The position numbers and the translations under genes were made by a program. A DNA stretch of 62,550 bases, counting the filler, from Dimorphilus gyrociliatus (Eukaryota > Animalia > Annelida), in NCBI GenBank assembly GCA_904063045.1. It is 3 parts of 3 records of this genome, joined end to end, with 100 filler letters (N's around TTAATTAATTAA, not from the genome) between each part and the next. Parts side by side here need not be neighbours in the genome. Positions count along the whole stretch, not along the records: positions 1 to 22,725 come from CAJFCJ010000161.1; 2 more parts are not named here. One strand, given 5' to 3'. Shown in pieces: positions 1 through 13,438 of this stretch. Every line of letters starts with the position of its first letter. Position 1 is the stretch's first letter. A model generated the notes under the pieces. The model was not told the origin of the DNA. It did no database searches and was given only the letters and a program-made list of their open reading frames with translations.

Positions 1-1299
1 TCTGATAACATTCTTTGATATGCTGGCATAAGATCAATTCCTCACTTCCTCAGTTTAAAGTCAATTTTTATGAAGAATTTGAAATTTGTCATTTAGTATA
101 TTGGAGTGATCAGAAGTGTCAATATTCTTGTTCATGTGCAGATCGATATTGCAAAGCTGTTCACATTAATTTCTATAATATTGAACAATCTCTTAAAATT
201 GTGAAATTAAATTTTCATAATGAAATCACTAAATAACATTTTTCTATAATAGAATGTTTTGGTTGTCTAGTAGCTATTTTTAAATACATATGTACTTTAT
301 TGTCACATGATAACAATTCTATTATTACCAAAAAATTAAAATAGTATTGAGTTGAGAGTTCATTTCTCTATAATGATGTATTTTCAAAAAGTTTGAATGA
401 ATTGTTAAAAGAATGTAACAGTTTAAAGATATTGAATACATTATATATTATTGTTCAACAATATTCTCAAACCTATATTTCAAACTATCCAACATTCTCA
501 TATCATATTGTACAACAAATTTTTGATTGTTTAAATGCAAGTCTTTTCACACAGTCTCAGCTTACTTAATTTTGCATCATGTGATGTAAACAATAAACCA
601 GCTGAACAAGCTGAATTCAAGATTTCAGAACTTTAGAAAGAGTTATATTTCTTAGGAAATAGATTATTTACTCATATTAGATAGAGTCATATGGAATTAA
701 CAAAGGAACAAAAAACATGGAAAAGATGCATGCCAAAGTTGTTACATCTTATTCAAGACTATGTGGTGTGAGTACTTTCGTGCATTAATAAATGATTGCA
801 AAGGGCAAATACCATTCTCAAGAAGCAGAAATTCCTACAAAGTTAATTGAAAAAGACTATTACTAGACTCCTAATTGATACTAATGAAAAATCTAATACA
901 GTTATCTTTAGGCCCTAATCTGGTGAAAAAGAAAAACAAACCAGTTTTAAAAATTTTCTTTAAAAAAAATAAGACTCTGCTTTTGATTGTTGTATTGAAA
1001 TGGATGAAAATGGAGTTTTAAATACAAAATCTCTGAAATAGTCACAGAAACAAATATCAACAAGAGGATGGATATAGAAATGGATGGCGTGAATATAGAT
1101 GTAGAAGGTATAGATAAGAATAACTCAAATGACGAACAGATTTTAAATAAAAATATTTTTGACAACAAATCAAAAATAATGGAACCACACTTTTTTGAAA
1201 TTGAAGATGGAGTCTCCATTGAAATTGAAAATGTTCAATGTATTGAGGATTTACCCAAGAAAACATAATGAAAATTTCTTCTTCTTTCAAACTATTAAA

Positions 1300-4200
1300 T
1301 CATATTCCTATTCCATTTACTTCACTCATCTTGTTATTGAGATCAGCTTATTTCAAAATATGTGATGATTTTGTCAAAATTCATTTCATCATCCCTAATT
1401 GGAGATACGCCTAAAACAAATCAATAGATGATTTGGTTGATTCATGACATTGTATTGATATGTTTGGAGTACATAAAAACACATAAAGTTTCTACAAGCA
1501 AACAGAAAGCATCAACAATTTTCTTAAGATGAGGAATAGTATTAATAACCAATAGTAGAATTAGGTATATCCAGTTCACTATTTGTAATTTCAAAGAAGA
1601 TACAAAACAATATTCAGTTTGAAAAATTATATGAAAAAGATAAACATTTCTAGAATAACAATGATTTAAACATGATGAAAAATTTGTAATTATTATGGAA
1701 CTCATTCCATTAGGAGTTCTCTATTATTTAATTTCTTATCTTCCATAAGAGTCATTCTAAAATTTCTCTTTCCAAAATTTTCTTTGAAAAAAAAATAGTA
1801 TTTTAATTTATTTTAAATTTTAAAAAGTAATTTTAAAACCTTGTATCTTTCCAAATAGTTTAACTTCACAAATTTTAACTCATTAGAGGTTGTTGCAGTA
1901 TCTATATTCTTTATTAAAAGTAGCTCATTTCCAATACTTGTTGAAGACATTTTATCTCGATAAGAGATTCAATTATTGTTTCATTTGTATTGAGATTGCC
2001 ACAAAAATTTATTATATAATATTCACCTTCTACTTTTGCACTATATAAGAAATATACTTAAAATCTAAGAAAATGTATAGATATATATAAATATAAATAT
2101 ATTTATAAGATAGATACAGTTTTCACATCAAAAAATGTTGAAGGATTACATGATCAATAAGAAAAAGTTGATGAAATTTAAATGTAAGAATAATCTCTCC
2201 AGTTGATGATATCTTTGAACAAGATGAATATTTTTGTACATTTCAATATTGTAAAAATTCCACTATAATTTTCAGAGGAGAATTCTCAAAGTTCCATAAA
2301 GACAATTCATTCAAAGTGACTTCTACATTGGAATCTTTGTAAATTTACATCATGATATTTTTCCATATGCCAATATTTCAAAAATTTCCAAGTGATTTGT
2401 ATTCGAATCTTGAATGAATAGAGAAATCTGCCATAACTATCATGAATACATTTCCATCGAACTGTACCGCATGTTTAGAATTACCATTTATATTGGAGCA
2501 ATCAGATATAATTAATTCTTCGAAAGGATTAAAGTCATCAAGATTCTCTATGATTTTAAACTCAATTTCATTGTATTTCTGTGATTCATGAGAAGTTCTA
2601 TGAATACAATATAATCAATTTTATACATAATAATAAGATTTATAAGCATCCATTGTATTTGTGTGTCAATAATACTAGCAGCCATGTAGTGTGTATTAAA
2701 GCCATCAGTAGCAAATGTTGCATAAAATGGATATTCAGTATTATTCATGTCAGAAAGTGTTGAAGACAGCCAACAAGGTTTTCCTCTAGCAATGTTTACA
2801 AAGCCTTGTTGTTTAAAAAAAATAAATCAAAATTCCTTTTTGTATGGAACTATTATTTTACTTACGTGGCTCAGATATAAACATTCCAATGATATTGATA
2901 CTTGCAAATGTTATTCTACTTTTTCCACTACTGGATCCAAATAGTGAAACATATTCAGCTAATAATATATTCTCACATTAATATAAAACATATTCATGAT
3001 CATATTCTATGGTTGAATCAAAACATTTTTCATCATCATAAAATTGCTTTATATCAGCAAAAATGTCTCTGTTTATGATAAAAATTTGTAGAAAGTCTTT
3101 AATAGAGAAATCAAATAGTTCAATATCATAAATTATAAATTTTCCTTTTAGGTGAACACAAAAAAAATGTTCATTTTCTTCTGATGATTTATAAATGTTT
3201 GATACTGGTTGTCCTTCCAAAGCATATCCAGCATAAAACTTATTATTTCCTTTTACACTTGAAACAAATGAGTCTGCATTAAGAGCTAAATTATCTGTAT
3301 TTTTAAAAATTTAAGAGAGACAGAGAGAGATAGGATGAAAAAAAAAATAAGAATATTACATGAATAATATGTTAGAGATACTGACTTGTATAAACTTCAA
3401 TTTCACATATTGTAACACTTGTTGAATCAAAAATAGAAATATTTACAAATTGACCAGGAGAAATATCATTTTTGCATTGAAATATGTTAATTTTATTTGT
3501 TAAAGATAGAAAATTATTGTCTGGATTCATAGCATTATTATCAAGGCATAAATTAGGTGAAGAAAATGAATAAGAAGTGTTTGTAACAGATATTGTAATT
3601 GTTTTGTTGTATCCTGGGAAAAGTTATTGAATAAATTAAGAGAGAGAGAGAGAGAGAAATATAAGAAAGACTATTCAAACAGAATAACAAATTCACAAAT
3701 CTATATATCTACCTGAAATATCTGGAGGATATATAATTAATTGTCTTATTGTATATATTTTAATCAAATTAACAGAAATCCAAATTTGGCTAGAATCTTG
3801 TAAACCATCATTATCAACAAGTAATTGGGTACAACCACCTAAATTTTGATTTGAGTGAATAACGCCATCTGTTAAATGATTTCCATGATAAATATACTCA
3901 GGATATGCAATATAATGACTATGCATTATTTCTTTATTTAGGGCAATATTATATTTTCCAGGAGATTAAATACCATTGCATAAATCTGTTTGAATAGAAT
4001 TTGATACATTTAAATTTTCTATTCTTTGTGAAAAATTCTCAATATATTCTTTAGTCTCTTTGAAAGAATGATGATAAAAAATATTTTCCATTTGTCTATA
4101 GGTTCTCTCTAACCAGAATTTATTTGAAGAACAATTTGAATATCTTCTCCATGAACCAATAATACATATAACAGCATGTAGGTTTTTATAGGCAGCATCT

Positions 4201-5152
4201 GGACAAAAAACTTTCTCAAAATCATCTAAAAAGAAATATAGAGACAAAATGTCAGTTTCTCTTTCCAATTTATGTAGCTATAAAAGTCAATGATGGAAAA
4301 ATTGAAACACTGAAAATTTTGACCATTATAAATCATATCTTTAGTAAGGTTTTATGTGTTCCCAATTAGACTATGGATAAGGCTCTTTGCTGGCCAATGA
4401 ATAGGAGAGATTACTTTTATTTCTTCTATAACAAGAATATACAGCCAAATTAAAAAAAAATATTCATTAAGCAATACACAATATAAATACAAAAGTGTTT
4501 TCTCATAGTAAAAAGGAATTATAATTTTTTGGCAGTGTTCCAATATTTACATTGACTTTAAAATTTAAAAATTTTTTATTTTCTACCTAATGTAACCAAG
4601 GAATAAACTTTAGAAATGGTACTTAAAATTGAGTTAAATTTCTTCGGTTTACAAGAACTTTTTAAATAGCAAACATAATTTTTAAACACTTTTTTAATTC
4701 CTACTGTCATAACTTTACATTCCATAAGTTTTTTACACTCTTGTAGACATTGAAAAAGGGCTTTTGAAATTGTAAAACTCTTATCCATACTCATATGTTC
4801 TAAATTGTTTCCTAGACAATCCAACTCTGAAGGTACATAATCTTGAACTATATAGATGAAAAAAAAAATTATCCTAAGGATTTTTTCTAGCAAAACAAAA
4901 AAGAAAAAAATAAAAGTTTACTTTCATCACATAACAAACCATGATAAGGTTCATTGCATTGGCAAATTCCTTGAATGCATCTTCCATAGAAAAACAAACA
5001 GTCTTTATGAGAATTGCAGTATTCTTTGAAGAAGCATGTATAATTAAAAAGAGAATAAAATCTATTAAATTTATTAAAAAAAAGATTTTACTAGTAAAAT
5101 ATATTTGAAAGGATGATGATAATATAAAAAGATAAATGAAAAATTTAGCCAT
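1300..5152 (-). CDS. Multi-exon secreted mosaic lectin-like gene (signal peptide, EGF-like, PAN/apple, several F-type lectin/F5-8C-like domains); possibly disrupted; boundaries approximate
   Basis: Signal-like exon from ATG 5152 (MAKFFIYLFILSSSF). EGF-like exon near 4930-5030 (CNSHKDCLFFYGRCIQGICQCNEPYHGLLCDE). PAN-like motif in ORF 4576-4893 (FQCLQECKKLMECKVMTV..CYLKS). F-lectin-like motifs: HLTDG..GGCTQ..WISVNL..YTI (3693-3926), GQFVNISIFDSTSVTICEIEVY (~3390-3460), NLALNA..SS..YAGYALEG (~3210-3300), NIARGKPCWLSST..ATFATDG..QWMLINL (~2640-2800) and KICEVKLFG (~1850-1880). Some frame breaks seen. Confidence 0.5.
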
Positions 5153-6194
5153 TTTGTAATGAAGAGAAGAGAAAAATTATCTTTAATATAATTTAATATA
5201 AAGAATAATTATTGAATTATCATCTATGTAAATTATTCATATTTCCATTGGTATTAATTATCTATTGTAAATAGTCAGTGACTGTAAAATATTGTACTTT
5301 ACTGCTTAATTAATTATTTGGTAAGTATAAACTTTTATTATTATGGATCTTATTGATCAATGCCTCAGGCTGATAGAGTGTTTAAGTTGCTTTAGTAATT
5401 TTCTACCATTAAATTGACACCTTTTTTTTCAATTATCTATTGAAACACTAACAGTAGAAAAATCTATTATTTGCTAGTTTGGATTAGGAAGATGCCATTG
5501 ACACTTTCCTACTTCTTTACAATTGTACTAGCTAGATTTTCCATGTGAATCTTTTAAAGAAATCATCTTACAAAGTTTATTGTGTTCTCTCTTCCTTTCT
5601 AACAAATTTTCATATTTCTATTTTTATGCTGAAATAAACTGATAAATATTCATTTAAGAATAGCACTTGACAAAACATTCCAACAGATGTCACCATTAGC
5701 CTTAACTGATTATTTTTACAGTTAATCTTCCCTCAATTCTACATTTCTCTTCTAAGTAGCTTACTCATAATTTGGTTCTATTTGGACTAGTACTTACCTA
5801 CAATCTGATAGCAAGAAAGTACAAACTTCCTTGCAATATATCTATTTGTATTTACCAGATTTGATAATCTTTATTGAGGTATACACTTTAAAAATGAAGA
5901 CTATTGGAATGCTTCTGTCTACTGCAAAGTTATTAGAGTGTTCACATCACTACTCTATGGTAATTGTTTATTTTTAGAAAAAAGGAAGCATAAAAGGAAA
6001 TCATCTTTTATTGCAAAAGAATATTTCATATTCAATTCAAAAGATTACTAGCATCTCAACAAATTGGGCATGCCCACAAAGATCCAAGAAACAGATATTT
6101 CTAACATATATTCTGCAAAAGGGTTCAAAGTTTGTTATCAAAAGAGAACATATCCATTCCATTTTACTAACTGTTCTATTCACATTGTTGGATT

Positions 6195-7664
6195 TTAATC
6201 AAGTAATTTCAATCTAGAACAAAGTTTGAGCAAATTTTCAATCTCTCCACTTTGTTCTTCTTTTAAATCACAGCCAAAAAAATCCAAATTTTTTAAAGTT
6301 TTTGATGACCTTTGAAGTCCTTTACAAATATTCAAAAATCCATATCCCATATTTTCATTCCATGATAGATTTATTGTTTCTATTGTGGAACAATGTTTCA
6401 GCAAATTTCCCATCTCTGTACTTTGTTCAACATTTAAATTACAGCCTTTTAATGTCAGATTTTTCAAAGTGTTTGCTGACATTTGAAGGCCTTCACAAAT
6501 ATTCAAAAATCCACTTCCCATATTTTTATTCTGTGATAGATCAATTGTTTCTATTGTGGAACAATGTTTCAGCAAATTTCCAATCTCTAAACATTGTCCT
6601 ATATTTAAATTACAGTCATATAATTTCAGATTTTTTAAAGTGTTTGATGACATTTGAAGTCCTTCACAAATATTCAAAAATCCATTTCCCATATTATTAT
6701 TCCACAATAGATCAATTGTTTCTATTGTGGAGCAATGGTTTAGCAAATTTCCAATCTCTGTACTTTGCTCTGCATTTAGATCACAGAACCTTAAATTGAG
6801 ATATTTCAAAGTTTTTGATGACCTTTGAAGTCCTTTACAAATATTCAAAAATCCATATTCCATATTTGTATTTTGTGATAGATCAATTGTTTCTATTGTA
6901 GAGCAATGTTTCAGCCTATTTCCCATCTCTGTACATTGTTCAACATTTAAACCACAGTTATTTAATGTTATATTTCTCAAAATATTAGATGATTTTTGAA
7001 GACCTTTACAAATATTTAAAAATCCACTTCCAATATTTTTATTCTGTGATAGATCAATTGTTTCTATCATGGAACAATGTTTCAGCAAATTTCCAATCTC
7101 TGTACTTTGCTCTATACTTAAATCACAGCCTTTTAATGTCAGATTTTTCAAAGTGTTTGATGAAGTATGAAGTCCTTCACAAATATTCAAAAATTCATTT
7201 CCCATATTTCTATTGTTTGATAGATCAATTGTTTCTATTGTGGAACAATGTTTCAGCAAATTTCCAATCTCTAAACATTGTTCTACACTTAAATTACAAA
7301 ACCTTAAATTGAGATTTTTCAAAGTTTTCAAGGATCTTTGAAGTTCTTCACAAATATTCAAAAATCCATTTTCCATATTTTCATTCCATGATAGATCAAT
7401 TGTTTCTATTGTGGAACAATGTTTCAGCAAATTTCCAATCTCTGTACATTGTTCTACATTTAAATCACAGTCTGTTAATGTCAGATTTTTCAAAATATTT
7501 GATGATTTTTGAAGGCCTTTACAAATATTCAAAAATCCATTTCCCATATTTCTATTGTTTGGTAGATCAATTGTTTCTATTGTAGAGCAGTGTTTCAGTA
7601 AATTATCAATCTCTGTTAACTGTTCTTTGTTTAGATTGCAAACACATAAATCTAGATTCAACAA
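6195..7664 (-). CDS. Ribonuclease-inhibitor-like (NLR-type) leucine-rich-repeat protein, C-terminal part
   Basis: 489-aa ORF built from ~8.5 copies of a 57-aa (171-bp) two-LRR unit (LKNLxLxxCxLxxEQxxEIGNLLKHCSTIETIDLSxNxNMGNGFLNICxGL). No ATG start; the upstream LRR continuation is frameshifted near 7665. Confidence 0.85.
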   Translation of the reverse strand: MLNLDLCVCNLNKEQLTEIDNLLKHCSTIETIDLPNNRNMGNGFLNICKGLQKSSNILKNLTLTDCDLNVEQCTEIGNLLKHCSTIETIDLSWNENMENGFLNICEELQRSLKTLKNLNLRFCNLSVEQCLEIGNLLKHCSTIETIDLSNNRNMGNEFLNICEGLHTSSNTLKNLTLKGCDLSIEQSTEIGNLLKHCSMIETIDLSQNKNIGSGFLNICKGLQKSSNILRNITLNNCGLNVEQCTEMGNRLKHCSTIETIDLSQNTNMEYGFLNICKGLQRSSKTLKYLNLRFCDLNAEQSTEIGNLLNHCSTIETIDLLWNNNMGNGFLNICEGLQMSSNTLKNLKLYDCNLNIGQCLEIGNLLKHCSTIETIDLSQNKNMGSGFLNICEGLQMSANTLKNLTLKGCNLNVEQSTEMGNLLKHCSTIETINLSWNENMGYGFLNICKGLQRSSKTLKNLDFFGCDLKEEQSGEIENLLKLCSRLKLLD

Positions 7665-8708
7665 TATTGTTTGGCAGCCATTTTGAAACCATGGCTTTTT
7701 TTGTTATACCTTCATTTTCTATATTTGAAGATATATTCCATTTTCTTTAGTACAATTTCCAACCTTTTATCAAATAAGTGAGCAATTTTATAGCTGGAAG
7801 ATATGCAATTATAAATATTTTAAGCAAATAACGTAATATCGTAAAAAGGTATTACTAAAACATGGACTATTATGATACATGTAAAGGAAATGTTATATAC
7901 AGTATAGGGAAAGAGTCCCCAGCCAGCTTATCAAATTTTTAGTTTAGATATTAAGATATACTGAATAACTACTTTGAATTGATAATAATAATTCTAAATA
8001 GGTAGAAACTTACAAAAACACAATGTAACATGCTTTCTAGTAGTAGACTTAATTCAATACTATTTGATATGAATGTTTAGCAGTAACATTGCGCTTTAAG
8101 TACACACAATGCAATTATATACAGAAATGCATACAGGCACATGCATTTATGAAACTCTTACAAATGAATATAAGGAATTTAGAATTAATTATAGAATTAC
8201 AATAGTCTTAATTTAACTACCAGCCAACATTAAATTTATAGCCAGCTAAAGGAGTACAAAAAGGTCAAAATTGACTGTTGTTGACTTTTGAATCAGTTCT
8301 AACCTCTCACATTTAAATCATTGAATTTGAATGTTTCCAAATTGTTACATCTTAGGAAAGCAGCTGACCACCTAAATCTACCTGACATACTTAAAATAAA
8401 GTTCAAGTTTTCTCATCTAGAGGCCTCACTAACATGATCTACTGTGATATCATCTTAAGTAGGGTAACAATCAAAATCATTAAAAATTTTATTCAGTTTT
8501 TGCACTTTATAAGTCAAGCATATGTAAAAGTGACACTACTCCAATTTATATTTTTCACATTTGATATAATCCATTGTTGGACTCCTAAAATAACATTCCT
8601 TTCATTCTTCATTAAAATCACATAAATAACTTGAGATGCATTCTAATGTATATTTTATAGGGAGGAGTAAATTTCAAATTATTGAAAATCCATTTCTCAA
8701 ATTTCATT

Positions 8709-9012
8709 AATCAGATATACTTGCTCCTTATATACTGATGCTAAATTTACTAACTCAATCAATTGAATATCATTATTAAAGTTGAATATAAAAACAGTGA
8801 AATATACAATCTACACATTTTCTTGATTGTTAGACTTGTTCTATTAAAATTGTTACATCTTATGCAATTCTCCAACCTTTGAAATTCAACTATTATTTAG
8901 AAGAGGAAAACAATAAAAACATGACCATATTTAGAACTTTTCTTTGTCTTAAAATGTTACTTTTATTTTTGTGAACATTGACATTTGTGAACTATCAACC
9001 CTTAAAGAGTAT
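8709..9012 (+). repeat. Dispersed ~300-bp repeat (LRR-gene-like remnant), copy 1
   Basis: Closely matches 43452-43750 (aatcagatatactt..ctgatgctaaatttactaactcaatcaattgaatatc..gaagaggaaaacaataaaaacatgacc). A partial relative lies at ~40570-40810. Confidence 0.8.
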
Positions 9013-9249
9013 TTAAGTGTTTTGTTGATTAATTTCTACTAAAATTACATTTGTTAGACTATTTACTTAAACTTAAAAGGTTCTATTTGGACAAGTACTT
9101 TGACAAATTGGTAAATGATTGGAAATGACGATTACAGTTATGACAAACAAGAAATTCCTACAATTACTATACAACAATGCACATTTCCCAACATTTACAA
9201 CTTTCTTCATATAATTCACAAAATAAATTAGAAATTTCTTTTTTAAGTG

Positions 9250-9470
9250 TGTTTGGACTTGAGAAGCTGATCAGAAATGTCTGGAAATGCACTTTTAATT
9301 TCTGAATCTCCATACAAATGTAATTCTTTTATTTTAGAGCAATTTTTCAACAACTCTGCTAAACATTTGCCTTTTTCCTCATCTAAATTACAATCTCCAA
9401 GATCTATTTTCTCTAGATTATTTTTAGAATAAACATATAACCATTGACTACTTTGGGATTTTTGTATTTC
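9250..9470 (-). pseudogene. LRR gene fragment
   Basis: Minus strand reads SKNNLEKIDLGDCNLDEEKGKCLAELLKNCSKIKELHLYG..QLLKSKHT then stop. Same RI-like LRR class as 6195-7664. Confidence 0.55.
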
Positions 9471-9883
9471 TGTTCAATACAAGGCAAAAAGTACTAATGA
9501 TAATAAATCATCTGGAAAAACAATTGCAGATGACATTATCTGTAAATATTAAACTGGAAATTCTACTTTACATTTTAATCTAATTTTCAGCTTGATTAGA
9601 TGGATTTCTTTCAAATTAATCCAAATAAACCTATGTATTTTTTTACAACTTATTTTATAGGAACAATACACTTTCAGTCAATAGTAACATGTATAAGTGA
9701 TTACATTTGAAGAGTAGAGAAATCCCCACCAACAAGGAGAGATTAGGATTTAATGTTTAGGGTTATTAACCTTCACTTGACCTAATTAATTCTATATGAC
9801 CTTATCATTTTCCATATTTGATTCAAATTCAAAGTTTCAGTTTATTTATTTTAATTTCAAGATAAAATTTCTGATAATCATCA

Positions 9884-11761
9884 TTATCCAGAAACACAAA
9901 ATAAAACAACAGATGTCATTTTATATTTGTCACTATAGACAGGATTTGCAGACACCACTGAAACAATATCTGCTTCTTCCAGTTGAAGTAGTCCTGTCCT
10001 ACTCATAGTGTGAAAGGCTGGAAATACATTTCTTACATTGAACATTCTCAATTTTATCTCATCATTTACAAACACTTCAACAAGTGATTGACTATAAGGA
10101 TGAATTCCAACTGAAATATCAATAAAGTATAGGCCAGCCACAGCAACATGGTATGTATTATCTGATGAACTCCAAGAGAGTGTACTATCCAAGGCAATGG
10201 TATCATAGGCAATTCTTATTTTAGACACAATCTGTTGAGTAGATGTTCTAAAAGCAAAGAATGCTGGATATTCATCAGTTACATTCAACTTGAATCCTGT
10301 CATATATAAACTTATGTATCTGTTCTCTATTTGACCACTTATAAATTTGTAACCAATTTTATCAAGGGCTTCCAACTCGACAAGAAATCCTCTAGTTACC
10401 TGACTTGAACCAGTGTCCACTCTGTGTCCTTTACCTAGACAATATTCAGGTATAACTGTGTCATTATTTATGACAAGACCAATTTCAACAGAGCTACGTA
10501 CATTACCTGCTCCCATGTTTATATAGTACCAACCCTTAGTTGACACAGATAAATAGAGTTGATTTTCACCATAGCTAACACCACGCAAAGAAACAGCATT
10601 ACTAAGGGATACAATACTTGGGCGAACTATTGCTGCATTGTTGTAAACAAAGAAGACATTGTTTGTTTCATAATGAAAAGCTAGCCAAGATGTCTCACTG
10701 CCTTCAGTTGACCCAATTACTGATACATTGACACCCAGTAATGTATGGATATCAGTTACAAGTCTATAGTTAAAAACTCCAGTTCAAGACAGTGTAAATG
10801 AACTTTCTTCATGATGCTTAAAAACTGCAAATGATTCCCTTGGCTTTGTTCTCAGTGTGATTAGTCTGGTCCCCATGCTGCCTGTTGCAGTCAGGGACAT
10901 AAAATAAAATCCAGGCTCCTTAATCTTTAATGAATTTGTTGAAATATTCAACATTTCATTATTGTTAAAATTAATTCTTTGCCATTTAAAATGTTCAGAA
11001 GCAGTCACTGACTCTCTAACAAATGATACCATAAAAGATGGATTTTTATATGATGTGCAAGGTGTACTGGAACATATGTCTATATCAACTGAATTGCCAG
11101 AGCAGTCAGCACCTCCATTTGCTGGTGGTGGATTTGTACAACTTCTTACATGAGTTCTAAGACCAGGACCACAGGCTGGTCTACAACTAGACCATGCTGA
11201 CCATTGAGACCACCCACCAGCTAATTCACATTTAGCTTCTTCATGTCCAACACACGTCCTTAAATTACAATCTCTAACATTTAATGATGGACTGACATAA
11301 TGTCCTGTTGGACACATTTGTGGCCAGGAGACGTTTTGGTGGCAGTGATAATATTGTCTGCAGTCATTAAAATTTGGATAGGTTCCATCTTCCTTACCTT
11401 CGCATTCTGAATTCTTCAAATAGCAGAGTTCATTGTTATTGCCATTTTTAGAGCATTCTTCAACAATTTTCTTATTTATGATAGGTAGTGAATTTTTCCC
11501 AGGACAATTAGCCAGTTCTGGTTGTACACAAGCTGTGTATTGGCAATTGTATGAATAGATGGTAAAAAGTAGTCCAGGAGGACATTGCTGCATATGAGAG
11601 GTTCCATTGATGCAATGATAGTAGATACTGCAGTAATTTGGATCTCCAAAGACACCATCAATGGGTTTTAGGTTTGAATTTATAGGACATTGAAATGCTG
11701 AATTAGTTGAAAATGCAGACAACAGAATTACTGTAAAAAACACATATAAGTGAATTTTCAT
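9884..11761 (-). pseudogene. Secreted chitin-binding (2x CBM14) - TSP1 - C1q-domain protein with one in-frame premature TGA
   Basis: Signal peptide, two peritrophin-A-like Cys motifs, TSP1 (WSQWSAWSSC..CGPG.RTHVRSC) and then C1q-like repeats. ORFs 10784-11761 and 9884-10588 are in frame, and the 65 codons between them are open. The only stop is TGA at 10784-10786. Confidence 0.8.
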
Positions 11762-12888
11762 ATTGTCTAATTGTCACCTGAATCCAATTTGAACGAAACA
11801 AGTCAACAAAATATTATTTTATAGGCTTGAATTGTCTATCACGTGACCTCTAATCATTAACTAAAGAAAAAGGGCAGTGTTGAACTAATAAAAGTTGTTT
11901 ATTTTTTGATCAGTGTGTCAAAAGTATTTGTTTTCCCTAGATAAAAGAATTCTTATATTTATTATCAGATTATAAATGTGTCAAAGGTTAAAAGTAAGTG
12001 TTTCATATATAATATAAAAAAATATCTTTATAATAACTCCAATGAACAATCTATCAGTTGGGGAAATTTAGGTGACAATTTCTCTTTGAAATTATTCATT
12101 CTAGTCATATTTAACTCCTTACATACTTAAAATCCTAAAAGTTCAGCAGGAATAAAAGTAGATATTTATCAACTGAAAGATTATAAATTGTACTTTCATC
12201 TAACCTCTCATAGACTTAATATGAGATTAATAATCTGATAATAAAGTTATTAAAGTCAAAATATAGAATACAATAGATTATGAATTGGGTTTATTCTCAA
12301 AATGAAACAATTGATACATTGATGCTAATTTCAAAGTATTATCAATGAGTCTTTTCTTCATTTGGGATAGTATAATCTAATACTTTCTCTTTAATGTCCT
12401 TTGACTAAGTAGTTTTTAAGAGAAAACCTTCAATTGTTGATATGTCCTAAGAGAATGTAGTCACCAATCATTCGATTTGTTCAGGTCTTATCCTTCTCCT
12501 TCAGCACAACATGTATCTGACAGTATGTAACAACTGATATTTTGATTAATGACTTACGAGTATGACAGACAGGAGCAGGTGAAACAGATGCAACAGAAAA
12601 CATCCACAAATCAGTGCTTTTACCCTAACCCTAATCCAGCCCTTAGCTGTACCTAACCTTTTCTATTACCCCTAACCTTCTTAAAATTTAAGAAGGCTGT
12701 GGAAAGCCGCCATTTTTAGATATGCAATGGATATGGATAGGAAAATACTGACACACTGAAATTACCCAACTGCATATTTGCCAATTGTATGAATTTATTT
12801 ATTTATATTTGTTTATTATGAGGAATTAAAGCGTAGCTGAGTGAAACAATTACTTCGATAGGAATAACTAAGGGTCAGCTCGAATTAT

Positions 12889-13028
12889 GGAGAAAACGTC
12901 CACTGGAGAAAACGTCCACTGGAGAAAACGTCCACTGATTGGAGAAAACGTCCACTGGAGAAAACGTCCACTGATTGGAGAAAACGTCCACTGGTTGGAG
13001 AAAACGTCCACTGGAGAAAATGTCCACT
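12889..13028 (+). repeat. Left TIR subrepeat array (8 x GGAGAAAACGTCCACT)
   Basis: Read directly; 4-nt spacers follow some units and the last unit has CG>TG. Confidence 0.95.
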
Positions 13029-13438
13029 ATGTGAAGAATATATTAAAAAATACTTTTTCAAATTTAAATTTTTATTATTGATTTTGAGATATATCCAATA
13101 CATTCCCATAATGCAATCACTTTTGGTAGCCATTTTGAAATCCAGACAGGAAACAGTTCTGGGATCTTCTATGTTTTTCATGGAAAGTGAATATTGTGCA
13201 TATTTCATCTACAATTTTTCAGAATTTTTTGCAGTTTGAAATATATTTCACTATTGAAAACCATCAGACAAAACACAAACTTTAGAATTGATATCAGTAA
13301 GTTATAGAATATTGTGTTGAAATGATTTATTTATAAATTAGCTTTATTTTTATAGCAGCCATTTTGTTTATCATTATTGTTAATTGTTTAATTTTTAAAT
13401 TTATACAGTTGGTTATTGATAGAGATTCCAAATTGAAC

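Noticed and set aside
2300-2900. KDZ/Zisupton transposase (QFDGN motif)
   Set aside because: Adjacent frames match F-type-lectin-like repeats of the surrounding spliced gene, and no other KDZ motifs were found.
5380-5900. Possible decayed integrase fragment on the minus strand
   Set aside because: Only vague Cys and hydrophobic patterns amid many stops; it cannot be supported without a search.
6302-7585. Plus-strand ORFs overlapping the LRR gene
   Set aside because: They are antisense shadows of the 171-bp repeat, without recognisable domains.
10784-10786. Selenocysteine or readthrough TGA
   Set aside because: The paralogous C1q repeat has Arg at this position, and the region is CpG-depleted. 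CGA>TGA mutation is simpler, and no SECIS was identified.
12889-13028. CRISPR-like array
   Set aside because: Units are 16 bp with 0-4-nt spacers and are mirrored at 15572-15658 around a transposase. They are TIR subrepeats.
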